A DNA stretch of 64,000 nt from Octopus sinensis (GCF_006345805.1 NC_043005.1:56606001-56670000), one strand, 5' to 3'. Shown: positions 1 through 13,014, numbered from the stretch's first letter. Notes: a model not told the origin generated them from the sequence alone. Numbers and translations are program-made.

Positions 1-139
1 TATGTTTTGTTATGTCGGGTACTTATACTATCAGTTAATTTTGCCGAACCGTGGTTACGGGGACGTAAACACACCAACACCCGTTGTCATACAATGACGG
101 GAGACAAACACAGACACGAAAACACACACACACACACAT

Positions 140-179
<40 letters not shown>

Positions 180-300
180 AGTACTTGGCTTAAAAACAGA
201 ATAAGTCTTGGGGTGGATTTCCTCGACTAAAAACCCTTTTTAAGGTGATGGTCCAGCATGACCGCAGCCAAATGACTGAAACAAGTAAAAGAGAAAAAAA
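1..300. mobile_element. Two 3' halves of the dominant tRNA-derived SINE (family A) in opposite orientations around a (CA)n/(TA)n array
   Basis: 1-130 matches the minus-oriented SINE segment (ttttgccgaacc...acggggacgtaaacacacc) seen at 13755, 45013 and 46015. 182-300 matches the plus-oriented 3' tail (ccagcatgaccgcagccaaatgactgaaacaagtaaaagag). Confidence 0.75.
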
Positions 301-312
301 AAAGAGTTTATA

Positions 313-328
313 CATACATATATATAAA

Positions 329-376
<48 letters not shown>

Positions 377-509
377 CCCATTTATAATTTTCACCTTTAA
401 AGGTGCCACGTTCGATGAAATTTTTTCTGAAAAACTTTTATCGTATATTAGTAGTTATATATATATATATATACATATGTATTCAGTGTAGCTAGAAAGA
501 CAGACAGAC

Positions 510-578
<69 letters not shown>

Positions 579-583
579 TATAA

Positions 584-622
<39 letters not shown>

Positions 623-627
623 TATAA

Positions 628-701
<74 letters not shown>

Positions 702-780
702 TGTATGTATGCATGTATGTATGAATGTATGTACGTATATATGTATGAATGAATGTATTGGCAGTGATTACACAGACAGA
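313..780. repeat. Compound microsatellite (TA)n, (TAGA)n, (TATG)n
   Basis: Read directly; explains the IYLS/YIYI ORFs. Confidence 0.95.
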
Positions 781-812
781 CACCTAAGCATATAAACAAT
801 AGAAGTGCTTAC

Positions 813-864
813 CTGATTGAGAAAATATTCATCGGAATATTGGTCTCACACTCCGTTTGTAGTT
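813..864 (-). other. Candidate 52-nt exon (weak)
   Basis: Minus-strand donor CAG|GTAAGC at 813/812 and acceptor ccacAG at 865-866. Only one frame is open (ELQTECETNIPMNIFSI). The pyrimidine tract is poor. Confidence 0.15.
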
Positions 865-1197
865 CTGTGGTTACACTTTATGTAAACAGTAGTACATGTA
901 ATCATGTATGCGTACTTATATGTGTATGCATATGTGTGTATGTGTTCATGAGTATTTATGTGCTAATATGTGTATGTATGTATATATGTATGTATGTATT
1001 ATGCGTGTATATATGTGTATTTACACAATTCTGTAATATCTGTATATGTGCATTTGTTGTATAATATGAGAATGAATGTGCGTATATACGCGTTTCTGGC
1101 GTATTTTTTAATCGTTTCATATAAAGTAATCACGTCTAATTTGAATGCTTTTCTCTAAATATTATGCATGTATGTATGTTTACAAATATATATGTAC

Positions 1198-1201
1198 TGA
1201 C

Positions 1202-1279
<78 letters not shown>

Positions 1280-1410
1280 ATAGATAAATAGGTAGGTAGG
1301 TAGGTAGGTAGGTAGGTAGGTATGTAGGTAGGTAGGTAGGTAGGTAGGTAGGTAGGTATGTAGGTAGGTATGTAGGTAGGTAGGTAGGTAGGTAGATAGG
1401 TAGGTAGGTT
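1198..1410. repeat. (TAGA)n-(TAGG)n microsatellite
   Basis: Read directly. Confidence 0.95.
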
Positions 1411-1665
1411 GGTGTGTAAGCGTATGTGTGTATGTATGTATTTATGCGTGTATTATGTACATAAGTACGTAAAATGCTTAGAGTTAATTTCCTACTTTGC
1501 TGTCAGTGAGTTGTAAGTTAGTAAGCATATGATAATAGAAATATTGAGTCGTAGAAAGTAACAGACTGGCCAAATTGTTGAGAGAGGGGGTAGGGGGAGG
1601 GAGATGTGGATGGGGGGAGATGTGGAGGGGCAGGGGAGAGGCGGGGGAGGGAAGTGTGTTTGTGT

Positions 1666-1838
1666 GAGTGAATGAGTGAGTGAGTGAGTGAGTGAGTGAG
1701 TGAGTGAGTGAGTGAGTGAATCAGTGAGTGAGTGAGTGAATTAGTGAGTGAGTGAGTGAGTGAGTGAGTGAGTGAGTGAGTGAGTGAGTGAGTGAGTGAG
1801 TGAATCAGTGAGTGAGTGAGTGAGTGAGTGAGTGAGTG
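1666..1838. repeat. (GAGT)n microsatellite
   Basis: Read directly. Confidence 0.95.
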
Positions 1839-2302
1839 AAGGAGAAAAGAAGAAAGAGATGAAGGGAAAAGATTTTAGGGAGAGTGACAAAGAGAGAGTT
1901 GAGGTAGAATTGTTATTGAGCGAGAGTGAAACGAGCAGAATCTATCTACAAGTGTTAAAAAACAAAAATCTATAGGTCGGTGCTGTCTAAGCCGGAACTG
2001 TCTGTCTGTCTTCTCAGGTAGGAGGACGTAAGCCGTCTGAAAAAAGGCGGCTCTATGGTTTGTAAAAATGTGATACAAGGTTAGGCGGGGTAAGAAGGCG
2101 TAGTTGAAGTGTAGTCATTAAGCAAAATGCGCGAGTAAACGGACCCCACACTGAGAAGCTTAATTTGTTTGCACGTGTGACTTGCTCCGACCAATCAGTT
2201 TAGCTTGTGTTTATGTTATTACTCAACGCATGATTCTCCGTGCGGAGCTTTAAAACTGAATGACTGACGATACGTGATAATTATAATCAATATTTAGCAA
2301 TA

Positions 2303-2873
2303 TGGAGGCGCACCGGGCAAAAATGCTTAAAGGCATTTCGTCCGTCTTTACGTTTTAAGTTCAAATTCGGTCGAAGTCGATTTTGTAGTTCATCCTTTCG
2401 GGGGTTGATAAAATAAGTCGCAGTTTAGCACTGGGGTCGATGTAATCAACTTAGCCCCTCCAAACAACTGCTGACCTTGTGCCAAAATTCGAAACCAATA
2501 TTTGCTATATATTGAGGCAAGGAGTATAAACCTAGAGGTGGTTTCACTTTTAACCCCACGACCGTCATATTCTGTCATCAATCCGGGAACTGGACGGCAT
2601 GTTGTGTCTTTGAGCAAGTATTAGGTCCATGGTAAAGATTAACGCCCTCCTCTCAAAACAGCTGGTCTTATGCTTAAATTAAAAATTAATATTCTGGACA
2701 GAATGCTTAGCGGCATTTAATCTGCCTTCACGTTCTGAGTTCAAATTCATCCGAGACAACTTTGCCTTTCATCCTTTCGGAGTCGATAAGTACCAACCAA
2801 GTACTTGGGTCGATGTAATCAACTTACTCCCTCTCCTAAAATTTCAGGCCTTGTACCTAATGTAGAAAGGATG
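2303..2873 (+). mobile_element. Cluster of SINE copies (family B, two copies plus a CORE-like fragment)
   Basis: The segment aatgctta(g/a)cggcattt...ttctgagttcaaatt...ctttcatcctttcgg(g)gtcgata..aataagt...gggtcgatgtaatc occurs at about 2310-2500 and 2695-2873; a third copy is at about 33385-33520. Confidence 0.7.
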
Positions 2874-2874
2874 T

Positions 2875-3308
2875 AAGGCACGGACGTGCTGTCAGACGGG
2901 CTTGTCCGAGATGCACGGAAAGCGACGAAACCGTTCTGCATGCACTTATTCAATATCCGGGCTTTACTGACTTGTGGAGTTATTTCGAACAGTTATTGTC
3001 ACGTGTGAGATAGATGTGTCTGTCAGCCGAGTTCATAGTGAGAATTGTCCCGCCGCGTTTCTTATGTAGGGCAGGTAAGGCACATTCCCTTTGTTTGGTA
3101 GCAGTGATGAAAGAGGTTGCTTGGTGGACGAAGTTGAAAGGCATGAGGACAAATATTTTCCTCTTTGGTAGAGCCCTCATTGACTTTTTCAAGTTTCATT
3201 TGAAAAGAAAAGTGGGGGTGGGAAGGGAGATGCTGTCCTCGAGTGAATTTATTGAAAAGTAGGTGGAAGTTGTAAAAATGGCAAGAGTGGTTGGTACCGC
3301 TCTAAGTA
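2875..3308 (+). mobile_element. Tx1/L1-clade LINE, 3' end of ORF2 (decayed), interrupted by the mariner; resumes at about 4204-4300
   Basis: Translation RACPRCTESDETVLHALIQ fits the C-terminal CCHC knuckle of L1/Tx1 ORF2, followed by KEVAWWTK. Confidence 0.6.
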
Positions 3309-4203
3309 CGAGGTGTAGTCAAAAAGTATCTGACCTTGATCTTTTTTTTTTTGCACAAAATAATAATGTGTGAGCAAAATCCGCATGAGTATTAGGTGGC
3401 CGCGTCCTTCTTGAGCATGCGCAAACATTTTCGTGTCTGTAGATTGCGCCATTTGACCGCAGTGATGCATTGGGTACAAACATGAAGAGCGTGCTGAGCG
3501 AGTTTTCTTTTTCAAGATGACCGAGATCATTGAGCAAAGATACTGTATCAAATTCTACCAAAAACTTGGTGATACGCAAGCCCAGACTATCGAAATGATT
3601 CAAGAGGCCTTTAGAGATGATGCTATGGAAAAAACACAAATAAAAGAGTGTCAAAAGCAGTTCAAAGATGGCTACACCTCAGTGGACAGTTAGCAAGTAT
3701 TGCTGTGGCAGACCATCGACTATCAGAAACGACGAAATTGCAAACCCGAAGTTCAAAGGTTCGAGGAATAGTCAATAAAGACCGTCGTGTGACTATTGAG
3801 GAGATTGCGGACAACAAAGAACTGGAAACTCCACCATGATAACGCACTCGCTCATTCCGCTCACGTCATCCAAGCATTCTTCGTCAAGTCAAACACCTCA
3901 CTTGTTCGTCAAGCTTTCTTCTCCCCAGACTTGGCTCCGTGTGACCTTTGGCTATTCCCAAAACTCAAAATAACATTCAAAGGGAGATTTGGGTCAATAG
4001 AGGACATTAAGCAAAATTCGACGGCACAGCTCTACAACATCCTAAAAAGTGATTTTCAGAAATGTTTCCAGCAGTAGCAGGAACGCTGGCAGCAGTGTGT
4101 AGACTCCAAAGACAAATACTTTGAAGGAGACTAAATCAAAATGGTGAGGTTTTTAATATTACTTGTTTTGGCCAAAGGTCAGACACTTTTTGACTAAACC
4201 TCG
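3309..4203 (+). mobile_element. Internally deleted mariner (DD34D, irritans/Hsmar2-like)
   Basis: TIRs cgaggtgtagtcaaaaagtatctgacct / aggtcagacactttttgactaaacctcg with TA duplication at 3307-08 and 4204-05. Motifs WKLHHDNA, SPDLAPCD (34 residues between the aspartates) and YFEGD. Confidence 0.92.
3517..4134 (+). pseudogene. Mariner transposase pseudogene (frameshifts, stop, central deletion)
   Basis: MTEIIEQRYCIKFYQKLG...RRVTIEEIAD is fused directly to NWKLHHDNA...CFQQ*QERWQQCVDSKDKYFEGD*. Confidence 0.9.
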
Positions 4204-4406
4204 TATAGACCTGTGATCGGAGAACAGGAATTGGAGAGATCTGGGCAGTGGAGTTCCTCGACTATCCCTAGAGGTTCTCCTGTATCAGGAGGACAATATC
4301 ACACTCATAATCCCGACATTTTTTAGTTATTTTTCTTTTTACTGTAGTATACCTGTAGTATACTATGTATACTTCTCTTCTTTGTTTTATTGTATACTGT
4401 GTATGC

Positions 4407-4473
<67 letters not shown>

Positions 4474-5229
4474 GTGTATTTTTAAATATTTCTATATAAT
4501 CCATTTTTCTCTCGTTTTAAATCTCCTAGTAGCTGTAGATAACGTTATTTTATAATACGTTAAATTATATGTTTCTTTCAGCCGCCTAATTGTGGTATAA
4601 TTTCTCATTCCCACTCTAAACGACTTTATAAGCCTCCTACCCTGCGACAGATGCTGCTGCTGCTGCTGCTATTCTTGTTATTTCGTTTGGAACTAAAAGA
4701 CGTCATTTGGGAGCTTGTCATTGTAAGTTGTCACTAAAAGTTATTATTAATCTTTCTTTTTTTTTTTTTTAAGAAAGTAATTTTGGTTTTTGTTGTGCCA
4801 TTTTATTATTTAGTCTTGCGTCACTTGTAAAATTTTCGTTCATTCAGGACGAATTTTGTGGCCTTTTTAATACTGAAGTTACATATTTTTTTCTTTTAAA
4901 TGTGATTTCGCAAATCCACTGGGCAATTTAACTGTTCCAACTTCGAATATATTACTGATTTCTTACTACTGCCTGTTAACAGAGTTATATATGAACAACA
5001 CTGGTAATATCAGCAACAAAAACAACGATGAAAACAGCATAAATGAAAAGACATGTAAATGCGACACTACCACCTCTAGTTTGCAGAGAAGGAGCAAAAG
5101 CCTTGCAAAACTGTTCAGTCGCTTCCAACTATCTGACAGTCGCTTCCAACTATTTCGCGAATGTGCCAATGTAAACATGGTCAAACCACATCGGGTTATC
5201 CAGGTCTTATATATTTAGAATATTCTGTA

Positions 5230-6330
5230 GGCTAGTAGATAAAGACAGCAAAAGCTGTCCTCATTTTAAAATCGTTGGCTGCACAAGCCACAATTAGTGA
5301 TCTATATGACCAGTCCAGACAGGGTTGGAAGGCAGAAACCTGGTTACTGGCAGTCGAACGTGTTACTCCCGGTGCGCCAAGCTTACAGAGACCAGATTAA
5401 CGATTTTGTCATGCGGACATTAATAGTGGTCCACTCTGAAAAGGGCGATCAGAATAAAATCAATTACGCTTAGTAAGGTCGTAACGATACAATAGCGGGA
5501 AACTTAGTTAAAAACTTAGAATAAACACTTAAGAAAAGCATCGCAACCGCTATGCCTGAGGCGAGATTGGCCCTCGGCCAAGTCTTCAATGCAAAACACG
5601 AAGGCTTCATTGTAAGAGCTGGGACAGAGAGTGACGAAAGCCGTTCGATAGACCCAAGTGGTAAAGAGGCAACGTTGAAACGAAGGTAATTCGGTCTTTA
5701 GCTTATTATAATGGACACATGCTACTCACACCCAAGTATCAACTTCTTCAACTTCATCTACGGTTTTTAGCAGCACCTCAATCAACTGTTTGGAACGTGT
5801 GCTCACCTCGGTGTCCTGTCGCGACTCTCGGCAAGAAAGGTGATGGAATGTTGCGGAGAAGTCCTTAAGACCCACAGAAATACAGGATGGAGTGATTGGC
5901 TACATGGGTGAGGGAATCGCTTGATTTGGATGTTCTGTTCTACGAACTTTACATTCACATGCCAGGCTTACGTAGAGACCTCTTGGCAGATAGCTGCCGC
6001 AACTGCAAAATGTGGCAACAACAAAACGGGGAAATGCTTAGTTGTATAAGTTGAGGAACCGTGAGAGACAGTCATCTTCCTGTTTGGCCAGACCCTTATC
6101 ATCTTTTTTTTTTTTCAAACCTCACTAGAAAACGAAAGCGAAAATGGAGAGTGGAGTGCTGCCTTCTAGCAAATTTATTCAAAGATGGCTTAGGGTGTAA
6201 AGGAAATCTGAGTGGCCAAGCCAGCCCCGAGCATGCTCCTGTAGACTGAGAGAGTAGGATAAGGAAAAGACATCTAGAAATCAGGGTAACCGTAATTTCG
6301 TGGAGTTTCCTCGAGCAACCTTCGAAAGTT
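5230..6330 (-). mobile_element. Probable heavily decayed LINE (L2/CR1/Jockey group) RT region
   Basis: High-complexity block with scattered RT-like remnants on the minus strand (NGFRHS, KFPA, SDR..RVD) in the expected order. No long ORF. Confidence 0.3.
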
Positions 6331-6381
6331 TCCCCTCTATGGAGTAATTAATTATTTAAATTTTTCTTTTTCGTTTCGTTT

Positions 6382-6488
6382 AGGCGCAATAGTGGCTGTG
6401 TGGTAAGTAGCGTACTGCGTGGCATCTTGGGCAAGTGTCTTCAACTATAGCTTCGGGCCGACCAAAGCCTTGTGAGTGGATTTGGTAG
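6382..6488 (+). mobile_element. SINE family A, 5' part with B-box deleted
   Basis: ggcgcaatagtggctgtgtggtaagtagc joined directly to actgcgtggcatcttgggcaagtgtc...ccaaagccttgtgagtggatttgg. Confidence 0.8.
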
Positions 6489-6726
6489 GTGTTGAATTGA
6501 TCGCTCAGCAACGTGAGATGAAGCGTTTTGCTTAAGAACACAACGCACCAGCCAGAATATTTGCTGTAGTCCATCGTTTATACCAAGATTTTATTGTGTA
6601 ATTATCATTGTTTTTATTGCTTACAAGCGTTAAATCCCTTTTTATCGTCTTGTGTTGTCTTTTATGTTGTGTCATGTCATTTTATGTATATTTATATTAG
6701 CCCCTGTAGCCAATAAAAGAATGAAT

Positions 6727-6755
6727 TATCATTATTATTACTATTATTATTATTA

Positions 6756-6829
<74 letters not shown>

Positions 6830-6830
6830 T
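6727..6830. repeat. (TAT)n microsatellite
   Basis: Read directly. Confidence 0.95.
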
Positions 6831-7405
6831 ACTCTTAATCTGCATGTTTATCACAATCACTTGCCGAGATACACCCAGCATCCTAGGGCGAGTGAAGGAT
6901 AAAAGATGTTACAGTATGACTGAAAGTTTGGGGAGGGGAAGTGGCAGGGGCAGTAGCGAAATATCTTCATGTAATGCAACACAGACATTTGAATTAATAG
7001 GGTTTTTATAAGGATGTGGGCAGTACCTGTCAGCATAATCTTTTGGATTTCTCTGAGACATGGTCCTCCTGAGATATTATCTAGATGTTTCTGAGACATG
7101 GTTCTCATGGGATATTATCTAGCAGTGGGTGCCTTATCAATTACCCACAATTACAGGAACAGTTCCTGCTTTAAGATGCTACATCTTTTGTATTTCAATT
7201 TCCAGGTCTTTATATTTACTTATAATTTTCACAGTAAAATTTTCATAAATTCAAAGCCTTTTAGTACGCAGTTTTAATTTTATTATTTGCTGCTGATTAT
7301 GTGACTGCGCTTGCGCGGTTGGTTTGAAAACATAATGTATAAGCATGCAGCACGCACGTGTGATTTTGTTATGTATTAGCTACATAATTATGCATTGTTT
7401 CAACG

Positions 7406-7474
7406 ATCCCACTGACGAAGTACAGATAACATATTAATTTATTCGTCATTAATACAGAAACTCGAGTTTGGGAT
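7406..7474 (+). ncRNA. Minimal type-I hammerhead ribozyme, intact core
   Basis: ATCCCA-CTGACGA-(stem II)-GAAAC-TCGA-GTT^TGGGAT. Stem I is 6 bp and perfect, stem III is the palindrome AACTCGAGTT, and predicted cleavage is after 7468. Confidence 0.85.
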
Positions 7475-7593
7475 TAACTACAAATAATTTTTGTTTTCAT
7501 TCTCCTTGGAATTACTTTGGGCTTGGCTGCCCTTCCTAGCATGTAAGGCGTCCTGTCAAGTGTCACCTCTCTGAGTATAAATACTTACACACT

Positions 7594-7654
<61 letters not shown>

Positions 7655-7680
7655 ATGTATGAATGTATGTATTCAAATAA

Positions 7681-8073
7681 GCGTGACTGTGATAAGTAGC
7701 TTGCTTACCAACCACATGGTTCCAGGTTCAGTCCCACTGTATGGCACTCTGGGCAAGTGCCTTTCACTGTATCCTCGGGCCAACCAAAGCCTTGTGAGTG
7801 GATTTGGTTGACGGAAACTGAAAGAAACTCGTCGTATATGTGTGTGTACGTGTGTGTTTGTGTGTGTGTGAGTGTGTGTGTGTGTGCCTGCAGCATCGCT
7901 TGGCAACCGATGTTAGCGTGTTTACGTCCCCGTAAATTATCGGTTCGACAAAAGAGGCCGATAGAATAAGTACTAGGCTTACAAAGAGTAAATCCTGGAG
8001 TCGATTCGCTCGACTAAAGGCGGTTCTCCAGCATGGCCGCAGTCAAATGAAACAAATAAAAGAATAAAAGAAT
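7681..8073 (+). mobile_element. SINE family A, full-length, with internal (TG)n
   Basis: tRNA-like head (A/B boxes; ggttcagtccc), CORE-like ctgggcaagtg, internal microsatellite, 3' tail ...aataagtactaggcttac...aaacaaataaaagaataaaag. Confidence 0.85.
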
Positions 8074-8514
8074 ATAAATCCCTAAAAATAATGATAACTA
8101 AGAAAAATTCTATGTATATTTTAAACATCTTTTTGTTCATTTTTATTTTCCTTTAAATATCACCTACTGAGAGTACAAATTTGACCATTACGATGTTTTA
8201 TTCATGAATATCTTGGTCCATTTGTAAGAAACAATTGGGAAGGAATATTAAAATAAAAATTAAAATCCATTTTAACATCAAATTTCCTTCATTTTATAAA
8301 TACGAAAAAATTTTTTGAACTTTGTTTAATAAGTTAAGTCATATAGAGATTATTTCTATACAATCTTTCATACCTATACGGATTTTTAAAAAAATTCGAA
8401 AGTAAAGTATGAAGAAAAGACATTAGAAATCAAAAGAAAACATTCCAGTTAAAGGGCGAACATGCATTCATCCGACCGATAATATATATATATATCTGTA
8501 TGTATGTATATATA

Positions 8515-8935
<421 letters not shown>

Positions 8936-9198
8936 GCTTTAGAAAAACTGAAGGGCCGCTGCAATGTAGAATAATATCATAATTAACTGATTTCCTTTAT
9001 TTTCTTTTACCCAAATCCGTGACTTTTTCAGCACCCTCTCATAGCTTTGTTTGTATTTTATGTTCCTTTTTGCATTTTGCTGTTCTTGGTTATGTTTTGT
9101 TGTTGCTGCTGCAGTTTAACCCCAAATTAGGCCTTGATTGACCAAAGCTATGATCAAATGCATTTCAGTCATGACAGTCTCGTATTTAATTTTCTTAA

Positions 9199-9540
9199 GG
9201 CGTATGGCTCAATGGTTAGAGCGTCGAGCTTACGCTCGTGAGGTTGTGAGCTCGAATCCCGGACCGGGCTGCGTGTTGTGTTCTTGAGCAAGACACTATA
9301 TTTCACATTGCTCCAGTTCACTCAGCTGTAAAAATGGGTTACGACATCACAGGTGCCAGGTTGTATCTGCTGTTGCCTTTCCCTTGGATAACACTAGTGG
9401 CATGGGGAGGGAGGGGAGGCCGGTATGCATGGGCGACTGCTGGTCTTCCATAAACAGCCTTGCCCGGACTTGTGCCTGGGAGGGTGGCTTTCTAGGTGCA
9501 ATCCCATGGTCTGTGTCGTGACCGAAGGGAGTCTCAGATG
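9199..9540 (+). mobile_element. tRNA-derived CORE-type SINE (family C)
   Basis: A box TGGCTCAATGG, B box GAGCTCGAATCC, CORE-like tcttgagcaagacact...cagctgtaaaaatggg, (ATGT)n tail. Confidence 0.75.
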
Positions 9541-10077
9541 TATGTATGTATGTATTATGTATGTATGTATGTATGTATAGCGCGATGATAATTAAGGATA
9601 GACAGATGAACAAACCGACAGAGGTAGATAGAGGGAGAGAGAGATTAGTTGATTGATTGAAACATAATCGCACGCAAAGAGGCAGAGGGGGAGACAAAGA
9701 GAGTAAGGAGAGAAGCACACATTCCAAGTAAGGCAACATAATTTTTTTAAATATTAAGATTATAAAGCAGATATCCCTAAAATGACGTCACAAAATAAAT
9801 CTTCCCAACACATAGGATGGCATTTGGGGAAGACTTCTGCTGTTATTTCTAGTATCACACAGAGTTTGGTAGAGTTGACAAGACATTGCAGTTGTTGTTG
9901 GTGTTGTTGTTGTTGTCGCTGTTGTTGTTATTGTAGAGGGATAAGCCCCGGGTTAACCCTATTCAAGTAGACTTATGAATCCACTTCAGCTGTGGATACC
10001 ACGGCTTAAGTGGACTCTAGATACAATCCTAGATACAAATATGTTTTTCAGGCTTTTTTGTATGTAGGATTATGTCT

Positions 10078-10128
<51 letters not shown>

Positions 10129-10129
10129 A

Positions 10130-10327
10130 TATGTGACCGCGTGTGTATCGTTGGCGATTTTCTTTCTCCGTCTTCCCTTCTTTGGACTTTTTCTATATTT
10201 CTGATGAAGAGCTCCGCTCGAAACGTGAAATCCTCTTTCTTTTCTTTCCTTTCCTGAGCGTCCAATAACACTGTACTTATTCCACGTCCTCGCGTTGTTG
10301 TTTTTCTTGCTTGTTCATGTTTGGATT

Positions 10328-10335
<8 letters not shown>
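10130..10335 (+). mobile_element. PLE-type terminal-repeat fragment carrying a hammerhead motif
   Basis: Homologous to 24060-24260 (minus) and 31470-31520; contains the HHR motif at 10197-10231. Confidence 0.65.
10197..10231 (+). ncRNA. Minimal hammerhead motif, probably inactive (GUG at the cleavage triplet)
   Basis: ATTT-CTGATGA-A-GAGCtccGCTC-GAAAC-GTG-AAAT. Stem I ATTT/AAAT covaries with GTTT/AAAC in the 24.1-kb copy. Confidence 0.7.
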
Positions 10336-10395
<60 letters not shown>

Positions 10396-10403
10396 CATAT
10401 ACA

Positions 10404-11808
10404 CAGTATCTCACAGAAGTATGTACACCCAAAAATTTTCAGTAAAATTGCCATTACTCTGATAATATCGAAGGAAATCAATCGAAATTTATACTGAATA
10501 AAATATATTATACATGCAAGCATTATACAAATTTGAAACATAAAGCAATAAACATTTTCAAAGATACGAACGAAATATTAATTTTCAAACGATACAAAAA
10601 CATGTAGCCACTAAATAATTATTTACTATATTCAATATTTGGTGTGACCGTCCTTGCTTTCAAAGACTGCATTAAATCTTCTGGGCATAGAGTCGACTAG
10701 ATTTCCCATATAACCAATGAAATCGACTTCCATTCACCCTGAATAATATCATCCAACTGGGACACACCAAGTAATGGATTGCAGGGGTTTTTCTCCCCAA
10801 CCTTCCTTTTGAAAACATCCCACAGTCGTTCTATTGGGTTTAAATCAGGTGACATGGTAGGCCAAGGCAATACCTTTACCTTTTTATCTGATAAAATCTC
10901 AGTCGTCATCTTTGATGTGTATTTAGGGTCATTATCATGTTGGAACATGGAATGTCTTCCTAGTTCCTTGATGGTTCTTAACATTGTTTTCTTCAATGTC
11001 ACAATAAATCATTGAATCCATTGTTCTCTCAATAAAGTCCTCCCACACCAGTCATGCTCATGCATCCCCAAAGCATAACACTTATGCTTGGTAGTGAAGA
11101 GACGCTTCTTACGAGGAATGTGTCCATGGAGACCACACTGGTTCAAACTTCAACAGACTCTTTGGGTGGATACAATCTTTCCACCAACAGAGGACACTTC
11201 TTGGGCCAAAGACGAACCGGTACGATGCCTGTCATCCATCACGCAACATGGATGTGGTAAACATCATGTGCAGTTAAAATAGGACAACCTGAAAGATATT
11301 TATTGCTTAGCCACCCTGTAGTTTTGTACTTCTGAATTACTTCGGCGACTGTGTTTACGCTGATATGTATTCGTTTGCTAATTAAATCTTCAGACAATTC
11401 TTTTCGTTTTGATGCCATTTTAATCACAATGAAGATTTTCACCACAGTACACAAATCAAAATTCCTGCAGGTGCCATTACAATGACTGGTGCAAAAATGC
11501 TGGGGGAAATAATTTATTAGACTGAAATTATCAGCAATATCTAAATATAGTTAAAAAAAAAAGTGGATAAAATATTGAATATAGCAAATTTCCTTTAGGG
11601 TGTATATATTTTTGTAACGCTTGAAAATTAATATTTCGCTCATATCTTTGAAAATGTTTATTATTTTATTTTTCAAATTTATATAATGTTTGCATGAATA
11701 ATATATTTAATTCAGTATAAATTTCGTTTGGTTTTCTTCGATATTATCAGAGTAATGGCAATTTTACTGAAATTTTTTAAAGGGTATAAATGCTTCTGTG
11801 AGATACTG
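10404..11808 (-). mobile_element. Tc1 (DD34E) element with long IR/DR-type TIRs, internally deleted
   Basis: About 237-bp TIRs (10404-10640, about 11570-11808) starting CAGTATCTCACAGAAG, with inner direct repeats. TA at 11809-10; the left TA reads CA. Confidence 0.92.
10632..11418 (-). pseudogene. Tc1 transposase pseudogene
   Basis: MASKRKELSEDL...FQHDNDPKY...SPDLNPIE (34 residues D to E)...SMPRRFNAVFESKDGHTKY*; frameshifted, about 230 bp short. Confidence 0.9.
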
Positions 11809-11809
11809 T

Positions 11810-12124
<315 letters not shown>

Positions 12125-12275
12125 TATGTGTGCGTGTAAAGTAAAAGAAAAAAAAACAAAACCAAGGCAGCTTATTAGATCATTTAAAATATTTTGATTA
12201 ATGTAAAAGCGGATCGAAATCAACGTTATACTTTTATCTAAATTTTCTCTCTACAACTTTCCTGCATATACACCT

Positions 12276-12365
12276 TGTCTCTGATGATGGAATACCCAGT
12301 GTATGGAGATGTTGATCAACACTTTGATCCAATATTTGGTGTGTCCCAGAAACAGTTGTAAGACA
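12276..12365 (+). ncRNA. Type-I hammerhead ribozyme with extended stem II
   Basis: TGTCT-CTGATGA-tgg...cca-GAAAC-AGTT-GTA^AGACA. Stem I is 5 bp and perfect; cleavage after 12360. Same family as 54978-55025. Confidence 0.8.
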
Positions 12366-12618
12366 TTATTTACTTTTAGTTTTCCTTGTTCCGATTAACT
12401 TTTATATTAATTAAAATATTTTAAATGATCTGATAAGTTTGTCCTGTCTTGGTTTCGTTTTCCTCTTCCTTTAATGTATACCCGCTGACCCGGAAGTCAG
12501 CTACAGATCCCAGCTCCTACCTCCATTGTGAACTTGGATCCTAGCGGACTACCAATTAGAGTACTTGGCGTACCTATTGGTTTAGATCATCAGTGACCTA
12601 TGCCCTTCCTATTCTGTG

Positions 12619-12673
<55 letters not shown>

Positions 12674-12687
12674 GTGTGCGTGTGTAT

Positions 12688-12752
<65 letters not shown>

Positions 12753-12897
12753 ATGTACTGTTCCGTAATAGAATGATTAACAAAAAAGTACTCCATCTGG
12801 TGAGAGATAAATATGATTTATTTAAAGGACACAATACATATCTTTAAGTGCTACTAATAGTTGTGTATGTTGAGAAATATCTGAAACATATTCATCA

Positions 12898-12970
<73 letters not shown>

Positions 12971-13014
12971 TATAATATATATTTATAATATATATATATC
13001 TTATACTTTGGTTG

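Noticed and set aside
813-864. Frame NYKRSVRPIF resembling the ligand-gated ion channel N-terminal Y...VRP motif
   Set aside because: A stop follows immediately and no further channel exons were seen.
1585-1655. G-run tract with G-quadruplex potential
   Set aside because: It is part of a simple purine-rich repeat and there is no evidence of function from sequence alone.
4991-5218. 75-aa Asn-rich ORF
   Set aside because: Contains an internal tandem duplication and AAC-rich low complexity, with no recognisable motif or splice support.
12587-12593. Isolated CUGANGA strings (12587 minus, 26000 minus, 33840 plus, 54128 plus, 59487 minus, and several inside R4, hAT and PLE coding regions)
   Set aside because: No correctly placed stem II-GAAA-NUH with complementary stem I; not counted as hammerheads.
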